36,266 nucleotides of DNA from IMG/VR virus record IMGVR_UViG_3300020042_002709, positions 1 through 36,266 of that record; one strand, 5' to 3'. The DNA comes from a virus (lineage: Duplodnaviria; Caudoviricetes). The stretch's first letter is position 1, and every line of letters starts with the position of its first letter. The notes below the pieces were generated by a model. That model saw only the letters and a program-made list of their open reading frames with translations, searched no databases and had not been told where the DNA came from. The position numbers and the translations under genes are program-made. Shown one piece after another: positions 19,073 through 26,944 of the stretch.

Positions 19073-19556
19073 AAAAAAAAACCAAAGAGTGATAAACATC
19101 TATAAACTTTGCCTCTAACATATCGTTAGCATATTCTTGATGTTTACTAGCATCGTAGTCTATATCAAATAACATTCCAAAGTATCTCTTTTGTGGTATT
19201 ACCATTGTAGCTGCCAACTTGTGAAGGTTGCCGTATAAATCCTCACTAAATACCTTGCTCTCAATGTACCTAGCGAATGGCATCTTGCTTATATCGTAGT
19301 TTACTCTATATGCTTTGTTGTAGGATATATTGATAAACTTAACAGGCTTTCCTTTAATCGGTTCATTTAAGAAAGTAATGCTTTTACTTAACTCTGCATA
19401 TTCATTCAAAGGAAGGCTATCTACTTGCATTTCTGTAAGATTATTGACTATTGCAACTAATCGTACATTTATGTCTAGGTCAGTATCATTCTTATCTTTT
19501 GAGTTAAGAACATTGTAAATCTGTTGGTATTGCCAAACGCTTATTTTTTCCCACAT
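18876..19556 (-). CDS. Tail assembly chaperone (gpG-like)
   Basis: 226 aa containing the slippery GTT TTT TTT TAT (VFFY), with an overlapping open -1 frame. Confidence 0.7.
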   Translation of the reverse strand: MWEKISVWQYQQIYNVLNSKDKNDTDLDINVRLVAIVNNLTEMQVDSLPLNEYAELSKSITFLNEPIKGKPVKFINISYNKAYRVNYDISKMPFARYIESKVFSEDLYGNLHKLAATMVIPQKRYFGMLFDIDYDASKHQEYANDMLEAKFIDVYHSLVFFYQVYRNWIEVSQDYMANKLIKEGMKGQEATGVVVNLLNILDGNIAPNLLPSMKIAQLRKRMNSQQ

Positions 19557-19666
19557 AGTTCTTTAAATTTACATAAAGATACAACAATTGTTAATAACAC
19601 CACACCTAATAATGTACCTATAATTAATCTAGTTAGTTCCATTGTAATACCTAGTATAACTTTCAT
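19541..19666 (-). CDS. 41-aa membrane peptide (MKVILGITMELTRLIIGTLLGVVLLTIVVSLCKFKELCGKK)
   Basis: ATGA-coupled to the upstream ORF; hydrophobic core with basic tail. Confidence 0.55.
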   Translation of the reverse strand: MKVILGITMELTRLIIGTLLGVVLLTIVVSLCKFKELCGKK

Positions 19667-19842
19667 ATGTTATTAATTTTGTATATTAAAGCTAATTGTT
19701 TTGAATATTCTAAATCCTCTTTAAGTGATGTAATTTGCAAGTTTTTTATTGATAGTTCTATTTCTAGTTTCTTAATGCGTTCAATTAGACCTTCTATTTC
19801 CATCCTGTCTAATAGGCTCTGTTTTAATTCGTATGGTTTCAT
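19663..19842 (-). CDS. Small coiled-coil hypothetical protein (likely start MKPYELK, 59 aa)
   Basis: ATG at 19842 has the AAAAACTATG leader, so it is preferred over the track start at 19887. Confidence 0.65.
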   Translation of the reverse strand: MKPYELKQSLLDRMEIEGLIERIKKLEIELSIKNLQITSLKEDLEYSKQLALIYKINNI

Positions 19843-19925
19843 AGTTTTTGTTTTTAAAATATCCCTGCCCCCATTGGGATAACCCACTAACGATTATTAA
19901 TTTTAGTTAAGCAGGGATAGTAAGT

Positions 19926-20009
19926 TTAAATATTTTGTAGATATGCAGTTATTAAGAATGCGAAGATAAGGATAATTACTGCTTCTGTATTGTGGTTTTT
20001 CTGTTTCAT
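19926..20009 (-). CDS. 27-aa membrane peptide (MKQKNHNTEAVIILIFAFLITAYLQNI)
   Basis: ATG 8 nt after the upstream stop; single hydrophobic helix. Confidence 0.5.
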   Translation of the reverse strand: MKQKNHNTEAVIILIFAFLITAYLQNI

Positions 20010-20017
20010 AAATTTAA

Positions 20018-20302
20018 TTATTTTATTGTATAAATATATCCTTTTGGAAATTTCTTTTGACATTCTGAACCAACCCCCATTACCCAAGAATTATCATATT
20101 CATTTGTATCTGTAGATGGATAAGCCGACCCACCATAAATAGAGTTAACAAAATACTGTGGGTTTGTTATTGCTTTACCACAACAAGGACAATGGTTTAA
20201 ATTTTTACTATCTGCCTTTTCTCTATTTGATTCAAACATATCTTCATTTGATATTCTTGGAATGTCAATAATGTTTTTAGGTTCTTTTATTTCTGTTATC
20301 AT
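20018..20302 (-). CDS. Zn-finger-like hypothetical protein (CPCCGK...VGSEC)
   Basis: Likely start at ATG 20302 (AAAAGCTATG); Cys motifs. Confidence 0.7.
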   Translation of the reverse strand: MITEIKEPKNIIDIPRISNEDMFESNREKADSKNLNHCPCCGKAITNPQYFVNSIYGGSAYPSTDTNEYDNSWVMGVGSECQKKFPKGYIYTIK

Positions 20303-20322
20303 AGCTTTTGGTTTTAAAATTT

Positions 20323-20348
20323 GTGCGTTGGTCAGTCGCACCCCTGAC
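20323..20348 (-). ncRNA. Putative small pseudoknot/switch element, copy 1
   Basis: GTCAG-GGGTGCGA-CTGAC-CAA-CGCAC; a second copy with a compensated stem lies at 31198. Confidence 0.45.
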
Positions 20349-20361
20349 TATTGGGGGTTAG

Positions 20362-20598
20362 TTAAATAATTTGATGTTCAGAAATTAAACCGACTGCAGC
20401 AAAAAAAGTTTGGTCACCTGTTTTTAAAGCATTAACCATTACATACCCTTCTAAGTCAGTTTGAAAAGGAAATTGGGTTGCATCTTTTACATATGCTTTA
20501 CCATTAATAAGCCTAACAATAGGATTCTTTTTAAATCCCCTGCCATATCCACTTTGATAATAACCTTTACCAATTTTTGTTGATTGAATCGTTTTCAT
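20362..20598 (-). CDS. Hypothetical accessory protein
   Basis: 78 aa, first gene after the cassette B promoter. Confidence 0.7.
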   Translation of the reverse strand: MKTIQSTKIGKGYYQSGYGRGFKKNPIVRLINGKAYVKDATQFPFQTDLEGYVMVNALKTGDQTFFAAVGLISEHQII

Positions 20599-20627
20599 AA
20601 TAAATAGTTTTTGTTTGTTTGTTTACA

Positions 20628-20720
20628 CAAATATATAACAGGATATATACACATTCCAAACATTAAGCCAACTATTTTTAAACTTTGTGATGAACGGTAA
20701 TTATCAAGGATAAACGGTAA
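20628..20720 (-). promoter_or_regulatory. Bacteroidota sigma-A-type promoter with paired LytTR-like boxes (cassette B)
   Basis: TTACCGTTTATC (20709-20720), TTACCGTTCATC (20689-20700), TTTG (20657-20660), 21-nt spacer, TATATTTG (20628-20635). Confidence 0.8.
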
Positions 20721-20721
20721 A

Positions 20722-21873
20722 TTACATAAAAGTATACCTGCCATTTCCCCTTTTGATGCTGAAGTTATTCCACGCTAAAGCCAATGCCATTACGCAGTCA
20801 TCGTGAAAACCACTCGGTGCAGAATACTTAACCCCATTTGCAGTGAACTGATATTCAAACACTTGCAGTTCGTTTGTTATTGCTCCTTCAGGGAATCCAA
20901 TTCTACCCTGTTGTATTGCAGTTGCAAGACCTTCCATAAGTTGCTGCTTACTTGAACTCGTAAACTTTAGACCTTCAATGGCTATCCCTTCCCTTTGTAA
21001 ATCTTCTAGGATAGGGTCACCTACACCTGTGCTATCTACTAATATAGGACATCTAGGCAGCCTTTTAATATTCTCTTTGGTGTTATGCCAATCCATTTGG
21101 TAACGGTCAAAATAAGCCACATTACCACTATTATCTAATCCTATGATTACTGTATGGTCAACTGACTTTGCAAGGTCAATACCAAATGCAACTATTTGTT
21201 GGTTGCTAATAGGCTTAATGCAATCCTGAATGAATTTGTTCCCAAATGGGTTCGCACTATTCTCTGAAGGATTCGCCATATATTCCTGCTCAAATACTAC
21301 ATTTGGCAGTTGCATTCTTGCTTCATCTATTTCCTGTGGGTCTATGTATGGATTATCATAGCTAGTAAATTTAAAGGATGCCCAATCATTTTCACCTGCC
21401 TTCATAAATAGGCTATAGAAATAATTCTTACCTCTAGGTGTAGAAAGGAATATTGCCTTCCCTTTGTAATCTGTCAGGGTTGGTCTAATACTATTCTGCC
21501 ATCCTGATTCAAGTTCAGGGATAAAGGATGCTTCATCTATGATTACCAAATGAAATTTGCGACCCCTTAAATTATCTAATCGTTCCCCTGTGAAGAATTC
21601 AATCTGTCCGCCATTAGGGAAATCTATTTTAAGGTCTGACTTGTTTTTAGGCAATTCTAGAGACTCTGTTAGCTTACTGAAGAAAACCTTCGCCAACCCA
21701 TAAGTAGGAGTAATATAAGCAACTGAATATCCTTTAACCGCATATGTGACTGAAAGTATCTGTGATAGTTCTGACTTACCAAATCTTCTGCCGCACATCA
21801 CCACTCTAAAACGCTTGTCGCATTCTAATATCTTCTGTTGATTTGCGTGTGGGTTAGGTAAGAATATTTGCAT
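20722..21873 (-). CDS. terL: Terminase large subunit
   Basis: Walker A CGRRFGKS, Walker B VIIDEA, STPRG coupling motif, nuclease GIDLA and HDDCVMALALA. Confidence 0.95.
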   Translation of the reverse strand: MQIFLPNPHANQQKILECDKRFRVVMCGRRFGKSELSQILSVTYAVKGYSVAYITPTYGLAKVFFSKLTESLELPKNKSDLKIDFPNGGQIEFFTGERLDNLRGRKFHLVIIDEASFIPELESGWQNSIRPTLTDYKGKAIFLSTPRGKNYFYSLFMKAGENDWASFKFTSYDNPYIDPQEIDEARMQLPNVVFEQEYMANPSENSANPFGNKFIQDCIKPISNQQIVAFGIDLAKSVDHTVIIGLDNSGNVAYFDRYQMDWHNTKENIKRLPRCPILVDSTGVGDPILEDLQREGIAIEGLKFTSSSKQQLMEGLATAIQQGRIGFPEGAITNELQVFEYQFTANGVKYSAPSGFHDDCVMALALAWNNFSIKRGNGRYTFM

Positions 21874-22232
21874 TATAAAATAGTTTTACCATCTACAAAG
21901 ATAACTTCTATTTTATTATCTGATTTAATATCCATCTGTTCCTTTGGCTTACCATATACCCTAGTCAATAAAGTTTCAATTGAATACAGGCTGCCCTTGC
22001 TCATTGAGTTTAATATAGCCTTGCAAATGGTTCTTTCTAATGCAGTTGCTAATACATCATCTTGTATAGATTTAAGTTGTTCTTGATTCATTGCCATTAG
22101 ATTTTGTATTGTATCGTTTACTTCAGATAACTTATACCCTTGTTCAATAAGTAAGCTAACATACTTTTTAGGTCTGCCATTAGGATTCCCTGACTGACCC
22201 TTTACAAATGGTATTAAATGTTCTTTGCTCAT
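21873..22232 (-). CDS. terS: Terminase small subunit-like protein (DUF5681-type N-terminus)
   Basis: FVKGQSGNPNGRPK motif, immediately upstream of terL. Confidence 0.7.
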   Translation of the reverse strand: MSKEHLIPFVKGQSGNPNGRPKKYVSLLIEQGYKLSEVNDTIQNLMAMNQEQLKSIQDDVLATALERTICKAILNSMSKGSLYSIETLLTRVYGKPKEQMDIKSDNKIEVIFVDGKTIL

Positions 22233-22248
22233 TCTGTTTTTATTCTGT

Positions 22249-22602
22249 TTATTTATCTAATTTAGACTTAAAATGCTCACAAAGTTTATCCATCTTGCTA
22301 ACATAGTATGTCATAAAATCTTTGAATCCTTCGTTATCTTGTTGATAGCTAACATACAATATACCCCTTAATCTTTGTGATGGGGTCTTGTTTGTTTCAA
22401 GGTCTGTCTTAATGCTATCTATGTTATCTAGTTCATCTTGTTGAAATGGTTCTTCTTTGATTGCTATGTAACAGAACCTTTGGTTAAGTTGGAATACCTG
22501 TGCTGCATCATTTGGTGACATTTCCTGTGTTCCAAATGTTACCTTAATTGTTTTATCCTTCCTAGAAGTTAAGCCTTCTATTTGTGCAGGTAGTATTATC
22601 AT
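22249..22602 (-). CDS. Conserved phage hypothetical protein (KTPSQRLRGILY)
   Basis: 117-aa ORF in the operon. Confidence 0.7.
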   Translation of the reverse strand: MIILPAQIEGLTSRKDKTIKVTFGTQEMSPNDAAQVFQLNQRFCYIAIKEEPFQQDELDNIDSIKTDLETNKTPSQRLRGILYVSYQQDNEGFKDFMTYYVSKMDKLCEHFKSKLDK

Positions 22603-22721
22603 CTTCCTTGTCCTTTATATTGTTTTGGTCTAGGTGAATGTTTGTTAAATGATTTCTTTGCTTGACCCCTTTTCCTTTTACCGAATGATAATTTTGAAGA
22701 ATCACTTTTAATCTTTGCCAT
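22599..22721 (-). CDS. 40-aa highly basic peptide (MAKIKSDSSKLSFGKRKRGQAKKSFNKHSPRPKQYKGQGR)
   Basis: ATGA-coupled to the downstream gene; not in the ORF track. Confidence 0.65.
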   Translation of the reverse strand: MAKIKSDSSKLSFGKRKRGQAKKSFNKHSPRPKQYKGQGR

Positions 22722-22965
22722 CTAATTTTTGTTTATGTATCTCTTTTAAAAATTCCATATATTGTTTCTTGTCTCCGTATTGTAAATGATGCTCTCTGCA
22801 TAATGCCATAAGATTATCTATTGTATCCCCTTTCTTTGTTCCCCCCATTCCCCTAGCTTCTATGTGATGAATATCAACTGCCCTTGCTCCACAAGTTTCA
22901 CAAGGTATAAAATCCTCACCGGTGTAACCAAAATGGTTCAGATATACTTTAGTGTGATTTTTTAT
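22708..22965 (-). CDS. HNH endonuclease (packaging-associated), apparent ATA start
   Basis: Reads (I)KNHTKVYLNHFGYTGEDFIPCETCGARAVDIHHIEARGMGG...DNLMALCREHH. An in-frame TAA lies two codons upstream of the ATA. Confidence 0.75.
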   Translation of the reverse strand: MKNHTKVYLNHFGYTGEDFIPCETCGARAVDIHHIEARGMGGTKKGDTIDNLMALCREHHLQYGDKKQYMEFLKEIHKQKLDGKD

Positions 22966-23384
22966 TTTTTATCTATTTGTTTTAGTTTATTTATTGCCCA
23001 TTCAACACCTGAAGTACCACCCCACGCATCCCACATTAAACCTCCACAACCTTCTGAATATGGAACATCTTTATTTTGTTGTTGCCTTTTAAATGATGCC
23101 ATCCTAGCAATAGTATCCCTAGATATATTTTCTTTGTTTGCTAATTGGTTTGCCCTTGCTTTGCCAACTGCAGTTCCACATTCACCCCATCCATTTTCTT
23201 CTGCCCACTTCAATGCTCTCTTTGCATTGTTACTAGCTGATTCAGGATAGTCATTATAAGTCTCCTCATATTTACCACTAGCTATAATAGCTGCCCAAAC
23301 TTCTGCAGCCTTTTCTTGTGTATCATAAATACAACTTCCTGTACCTATTCTATATTTTCCGTTGGAACATTTATATATTGGCAT
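22962..23384 (-). CDS. Conserved phage protein (YNDYP...CGTAVG...AWGG domain), probably head-associated
   Basis: 140 aa; domain recalled from head-morphogenesis proteins of related phages (unverified). Confidence 0.65.
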   Translation of the reverse strand: MPIYKCSNGKYRIGTGSCIYDTQEKAAEVWAAIIASGKYEETYNDYPESASNNAKRALKWAEENGWGECGTAVGKARANQLANKENISRDTIARMASFKRQQQNKDVPYSEGCGGLMWDAWGGTSGVEWAINKLKQIDKK

Positions 23385-24375
23385 TGCCTATCAATTTATT
23401 ATAAATAGCAAAACGCTTGTTATTTATAGCCTCAAAGTTAAACTCCCTTTCACAGAATTCAAATAGTTTTTGTCCGTATTCTATTCTAGCTGCTTCATCA
23501 AAAGTTAATAGCTTAATCCATTTATACCAATCTGTTTGATTATTTACATAGCAGACAGGCATATTTTTATAAGGATGCACATTGCTAACTATTGCAGGGT
23601 TTTTCTTTGCAGCCGTTTCTAATACCTTTAGATTTGATTTCATTGAACCAAACTTATTCTCAACTAAAGGAATTAAACTTATATCAGAATCAGCATAAGC
23701 ACCCATATATTTTGTAATCTCTGCATAGTCATATATGGTAGGGTTTAACTTTAAGCCGTTTGTAAATACTCCTATCATTCTATCCCAAAGATGTTTTTCA
23801 CCTAGATTATATCCTGCAATAACTGTTTTAACAGGGAAGTTAATTTTTTTCATTGGCTGCCTTAATATATCTAAATCAGGAACGTGTGTACCTGAACCTG
23901 ACCAAAACAATCTAACCATATCTGATTCTATCTTATTATCTTGAAACTGCTCTTTGCCATAAGGTAAAGCATTAGGGAATATTTCTACATTAGGATTATA
24001 TACTGCTATTTCTTCTGCTAACCTTTCGTGTGTGCAGGTGCAAAGGTCTGCAATTCTAATAAAATCTGTTATTCTTTTTGTAACATCACTATCTCTATAT
24101 CTATCAGATAAAATATGGGAAGGTGGTAAAATCCAATAGTCATCATTATCTACAACTAATTTAAAGTTGTATCTTTTTCGCATAGCCTCAAGCATACTTA
24201 TTTCTGTATATGCTAGGAATCTATTAAATATTACTATGTCATAGTTGTTATCAAATACTGCTTCGTTTATTGTATCTGTAATTAAACAATAATCTTTCTG
24301 CATATTAACTAAAGGCATCATAATTCTATGATAACCTACACCGCTAAACTTACTTGTGATAGCTAGTATTCTCAT
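23371..24375 (-). CDS. Glycosyltransferase (GT-B/GT4-like)
   Basis: GVGYHRI..P, DNDDYW, PNAL and KSNLKVLE motifs. Confidence 0.8.
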   Translation of the reverse strand: MRILAITSKFSGVGYHRIMMPLVNMQKDYCLITDTINEAVFDNNYDIVIFNRFLAYTEISMLEAMRKRYNFKLVVDNDDYWILPPSHILSDRYRDSDVTKRITDFIRIADLCTCTHERLAEEIAVYNPNVEIFPNALPYGKEQFQDNKIESDMVRLFWSGSGTHVPDLDILRQPMKKINFPVKTVIAGYNLGEKHLWDRMIGVFTNGLKLNPTIYDYAEITKYMGAYADSDISLIPLVENKFGSMKSNLKVLETAAKKNPAIVSNVHPYKNMPVCYVNNQTDWYKWIKLLTFDEAARIEYGQKLFEFCEREFNFEAINNKRFAIYNKLIGNANI

Positions 24376-24959
24376 AAAGGAAGGTAATATGTTTTGCTGC
24401 CATTTGAATAATTTGCGACATTGCTAGTATGTAACTCCCAAGTACTTTTAACTAATTCATTCTTATTATAACCATAAGCATCTATTCCATTCTGTTCTAT
24501 GTGTGTAGCATAACCTGTACGAATGTATTTAGTATATAACCCTGCTGCTCTAACTCGTGTGCAATAGTCTAGGTCAATTGCTCCGTATGGGTCAAGTGCA
24601 GTATTGAAAGCACCTACATTTTTTATAACCTCTTTACTTATTGTAAAGTTTCCTATTATATCTGTAGTATCATCAAAGCCATTTACTAAAGGGATAGCAC
24701 AAATTCCTATCATTTTATCTTGCATAAATTCATTCCTAACCTTTAACCAATTATCAGGTTCTAATATATCATTAGATAATAAAGTAACATATTGAATATT
24801 GTTAAAGTCTATTTTATTTAAACCTACATTAATAGCATTAGCTATACCTTTTTCTTTTACTATTACAACCTGTTCAATATCTGTTCCTGCATTAGATAAG
24901 TTAATGCCTAATGTTTTAACACTATTGTTTTGATAGTTTAAAAATATTACTGCGTTCAT
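24372..24959 (-). CDS. Glycosyltransferase (GT-A/GT2-like)
   Basis: GIANAINVG, LSNDI, VGAFN and DLDYCTRV motifs. Confidence 0.75.
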   Translation of the reverse strand: MNAVIFLNYQNNSVKTLGINLSNAGTDIEQVVIVKEKGIANAINVGLNKIDFNNIQYVTLLSNDILEPDNWLKVRNEFMQDKMIGICAIPLVNGFDDTTDIIGNFTISKEVIKNVGAFNTALDPYGAIDLDYCTRVRAAGLYTKYIRTGYATHIEQNGIDAYGYNKNELVKSTWELHTSNVANYSNGSKTYYLPL

Positions 24960-25480
24960 TTTATTATATTTTTTCCTAATGATTTAGCAGGTACACCTGC
25001 ATATTTTGTATATGGTTCTGATTCTCCTTTAAAAAATGCACTTGCTCCTATCATACAACCTACGTGAATATTGCTAAATTGATGTAATACTGCATTCAAT
25101 CCTATGTTAGATTTTTCACCTATTACAGAATGCCCACCAATTTTAGCACCGCAACTTATTGTAACATTATTATTTATTGTGCAATCGTGTCCTATATGTG
25201 CGTGTTTCATTATAAAACAATTATCACCTATATAAGTTGCTTGTTCTGTTCCTGCATCTATTGTAACTAATCCTGTGATTATATTATTACTTCCAATAAT
25301 AACTCTACCACTAATTACCTCTCTCATTCCATTATGTTTATTATTTACATTACGTTCATATTTCCAAAACTCTTTATGTTCTGCAGGGTCTCCTATAATG
25401 CAATAAGCACCAATGTAATTGTTATCACCTAGTATAACATTATCACCTATGATTGCGGTTGGATGTATATAATTAGCCAT
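24956..25480 (-). CDS. LpxA-like left-handed beta-helix acyltransferase
   Basis: Hexapeptide repeats (IHPTAII, IGDN); TIDAGT, KHAHIGHDC and VLHQF resemble LpxA TIHRGT, AHIAHDC and VHQF. Confidence 0.8.
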   Translation of the reverse strand: MANYIHPTAIIGDNVILGDNNYIGAYCIIGDPAEHKEFWKYERNVNNKHNGMREVISGRVIIGSNNIITGLVTIDAGTEQATYIGDNCFIMKHAHIGHDCTINNNVTISCGAKIGGHSVIGEKSNIGLNAVLHQFSNIHVGCMIGASAFFKGESEPYTKYAGVPAKSLGKNIIK

Positions 25481-25784
25481 TCTTTTTCTTTCTAGTTTTT
25501 TTAATTATAACTTGTTGATTTTCAACTACTTCACTTTTTTCACCTTTTTCACTAATTTGGTTTTCTATTGGTAAACTTTCATAATACCTATATAATCTTA
25601 AAATCATTTCCATTCTACAATCACCGCACCAAATGGTAAGTATAAAAGTAGGGTTAATATATGTTTTATAAATATGCTCATACATTTTAAGTACAGGCAA
25701 ATCTAGGTTTCTTACATAACCACTTAAAGCAGTTTCATAATTATTATAGTGTTCTTTTAAAAATTCTCTGTGTTCTAGTTCCAT
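25473..25784 (-). CDS. Hypothetical protein (CxxC)
   Basis: 103 aa with WCGDC. Confidence 0.65.
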   Translation of the reverse strand: MELEHREFLKEHYNNYETALSGYVRNLDLPVLKMYEHIYKTYINPTFILTIWCGDCRMEMILRLYRYYESLPIENQISEKGEKSEVVENQQVIIKKTRKKKNG

Positions 25785-26014
25785 ATTTTATAGATTAATG
25801 TTTCAGTAATAGCACCTAGAAATCCTGATATAAATACAACACTTGCTATATCTACAACTAATTTAGGTGAGAAATATAATACGACCCCAACCCACGCAGC
25901 CAAACAACTTCCGCAACTGAAAGGCTTGAAGTTGAGTTTCCATTTACGGTGTAGGTTGTGTATAGAATTAAAAAATAATGATGTACAGACACTTGTTATA
26001 ATAATTTGAATCAT
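25775..26014 (-). CDS. Small membrane protein (KPFSCGSCLAAW; DUF1360-like)
   Basis: 79 aa with hydrophobic helices and CxxC. Confidence 0.65.
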   Translation of the reverse strand: MIQIIITSVCTSLFFNSIHNLHRKWKLNFKPFSCGSCLAAWVGVVLYFSPKLVVDIASVVFISGFLGAITETLIYKIWN

Positions 26015-26493
26015 TTCCTAATGTGTTTTTTTAGTTCGTTTTTAGTTTGTTTCAAAGTTCTTATGATTGACATATAAGGTATTCCTGTCTTTCTACTTAA
26101 CTCTTTAGCGTTCTTATTAAATTCAAAAGTATATAAATTTAATATTTCTTTTTGATACCAATGTAATTTTTCTATACCATTCTCCATTATATCTATAACA
26201 CTATTTTGTTCTACCTCTGCTTTTTCATTATGCTCATATTCAGTATAGTTTCTATACTTTTTCCAAAATTGACTTCTATCTGACTTAATCATATTCAACA
26301 TAGTTCGTACTATATAAAATCTAATTTCATTCCTTTCATATAAGCCAAATAACTTTTCATCATCCATTTCTAGTAGAACCATAAACACTTCTACCTTTAA
26401 ATCATATTGCAATTCTTCAGGTTGCATCTTCGCAAATGCCTGATTGACTTCATCATTAAGCCAATATTGCTCTATAATTTTATTTTTGTCCAT
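26011..26493 (-). CDS. Sigma-70/ECF-like transcription factor (probable late activator)
   Basis: Region-2-like DLKVEVFMVLL and C-terminal HTH AKELSRKTGIPYMSIIRTLK; sits at the early/late boundary. Confidence 0.7.
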   Translation of the reverse strand: MDKNKIIEQYWLNDEVNQAFAKMQPEELQYDLKVEVFMVLLEMDDEKLFGLYERNEIRFYIVRTMLNMIKSDRSQFWKKYRNYTEYEHNEKAEVEQNSVIDIMENGIEKLHWYQKEILNLYTFEFNKNAKELSRKTGIPYMSIIRTLKQTKNELKKHIRK

Positions 26494-26786
26494 TCTACCA
26501 AAGTAGGTTTGTTATCTACTTCAGTACAAATATAGACTAAACTTCCACATTTCCAACAATCGGTAAATCTTTCAATTTGTTCTTTACTTAATTTATCACC
26601 TAATTTTTTTACTTCAACCATAACATATTTACCTTCTTGATTATATCCTTGAAGGTCTGCCCACCCCTTTTCTATAGTTCCTTTTCTTCTGCCATAAGGG
26701 ATATTGTTAACTCTGTTAAGTCTTACACCTATGTAGCCGAGATTTAACTTTGCCCATTTTGTAAGTTCGTTTGCTGAAATATCCAT
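26472..26786 (-). CDS. VRR-NUC domain nuclease (PD-(D/E)xK; Holliday-junction resolvase-like)
   Basis: KGWADL...VEVK...LSKEQ motif. Confidence 0.85.
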   Translation of the reverse strand: MDISANELTKWAKLNLGYIGVRLNRVNNIPYGRRKGTIEKGWADLQGYNQEGKYVMVEVKKLGDKLSKEQIERFTDCWKCGSLVYICTEVDNKPTLVEWTKIKL

Positions 26787-26944
26787 AATTTTTCGTAAAA
26801 TTCTTTTGTGAATAATAGCCTGTCTTTATTTTTTTCTAAATCAAGTATAGATAAATAGCAGTCTTTAAAGTTGTTTGTATAGCACCACTTTACAACTCCG
26901 TATTCTGTATATCTAACTTGGTAAGTTTTCAAAGTATTTGACAA
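26744..26944 (-). CDS. Hypothetical protein
   Basis: 66-aa ORF bridging its neighbours; start uncertain. Confidence 0.45.
   Translation of the reverse strand: MSNTLKTYQVRYTEYGVVKWCYTNNFKDCYLSILDLEKNKDRLLFTKEFYEKLWIFQQTNLQNGQS

Noticed and set aside
24956-25480. Calling this gene lpxA
   Set aside because: At 174 aa it lacks the C-terminal helical domain of LpxA; its specificity is unknown.
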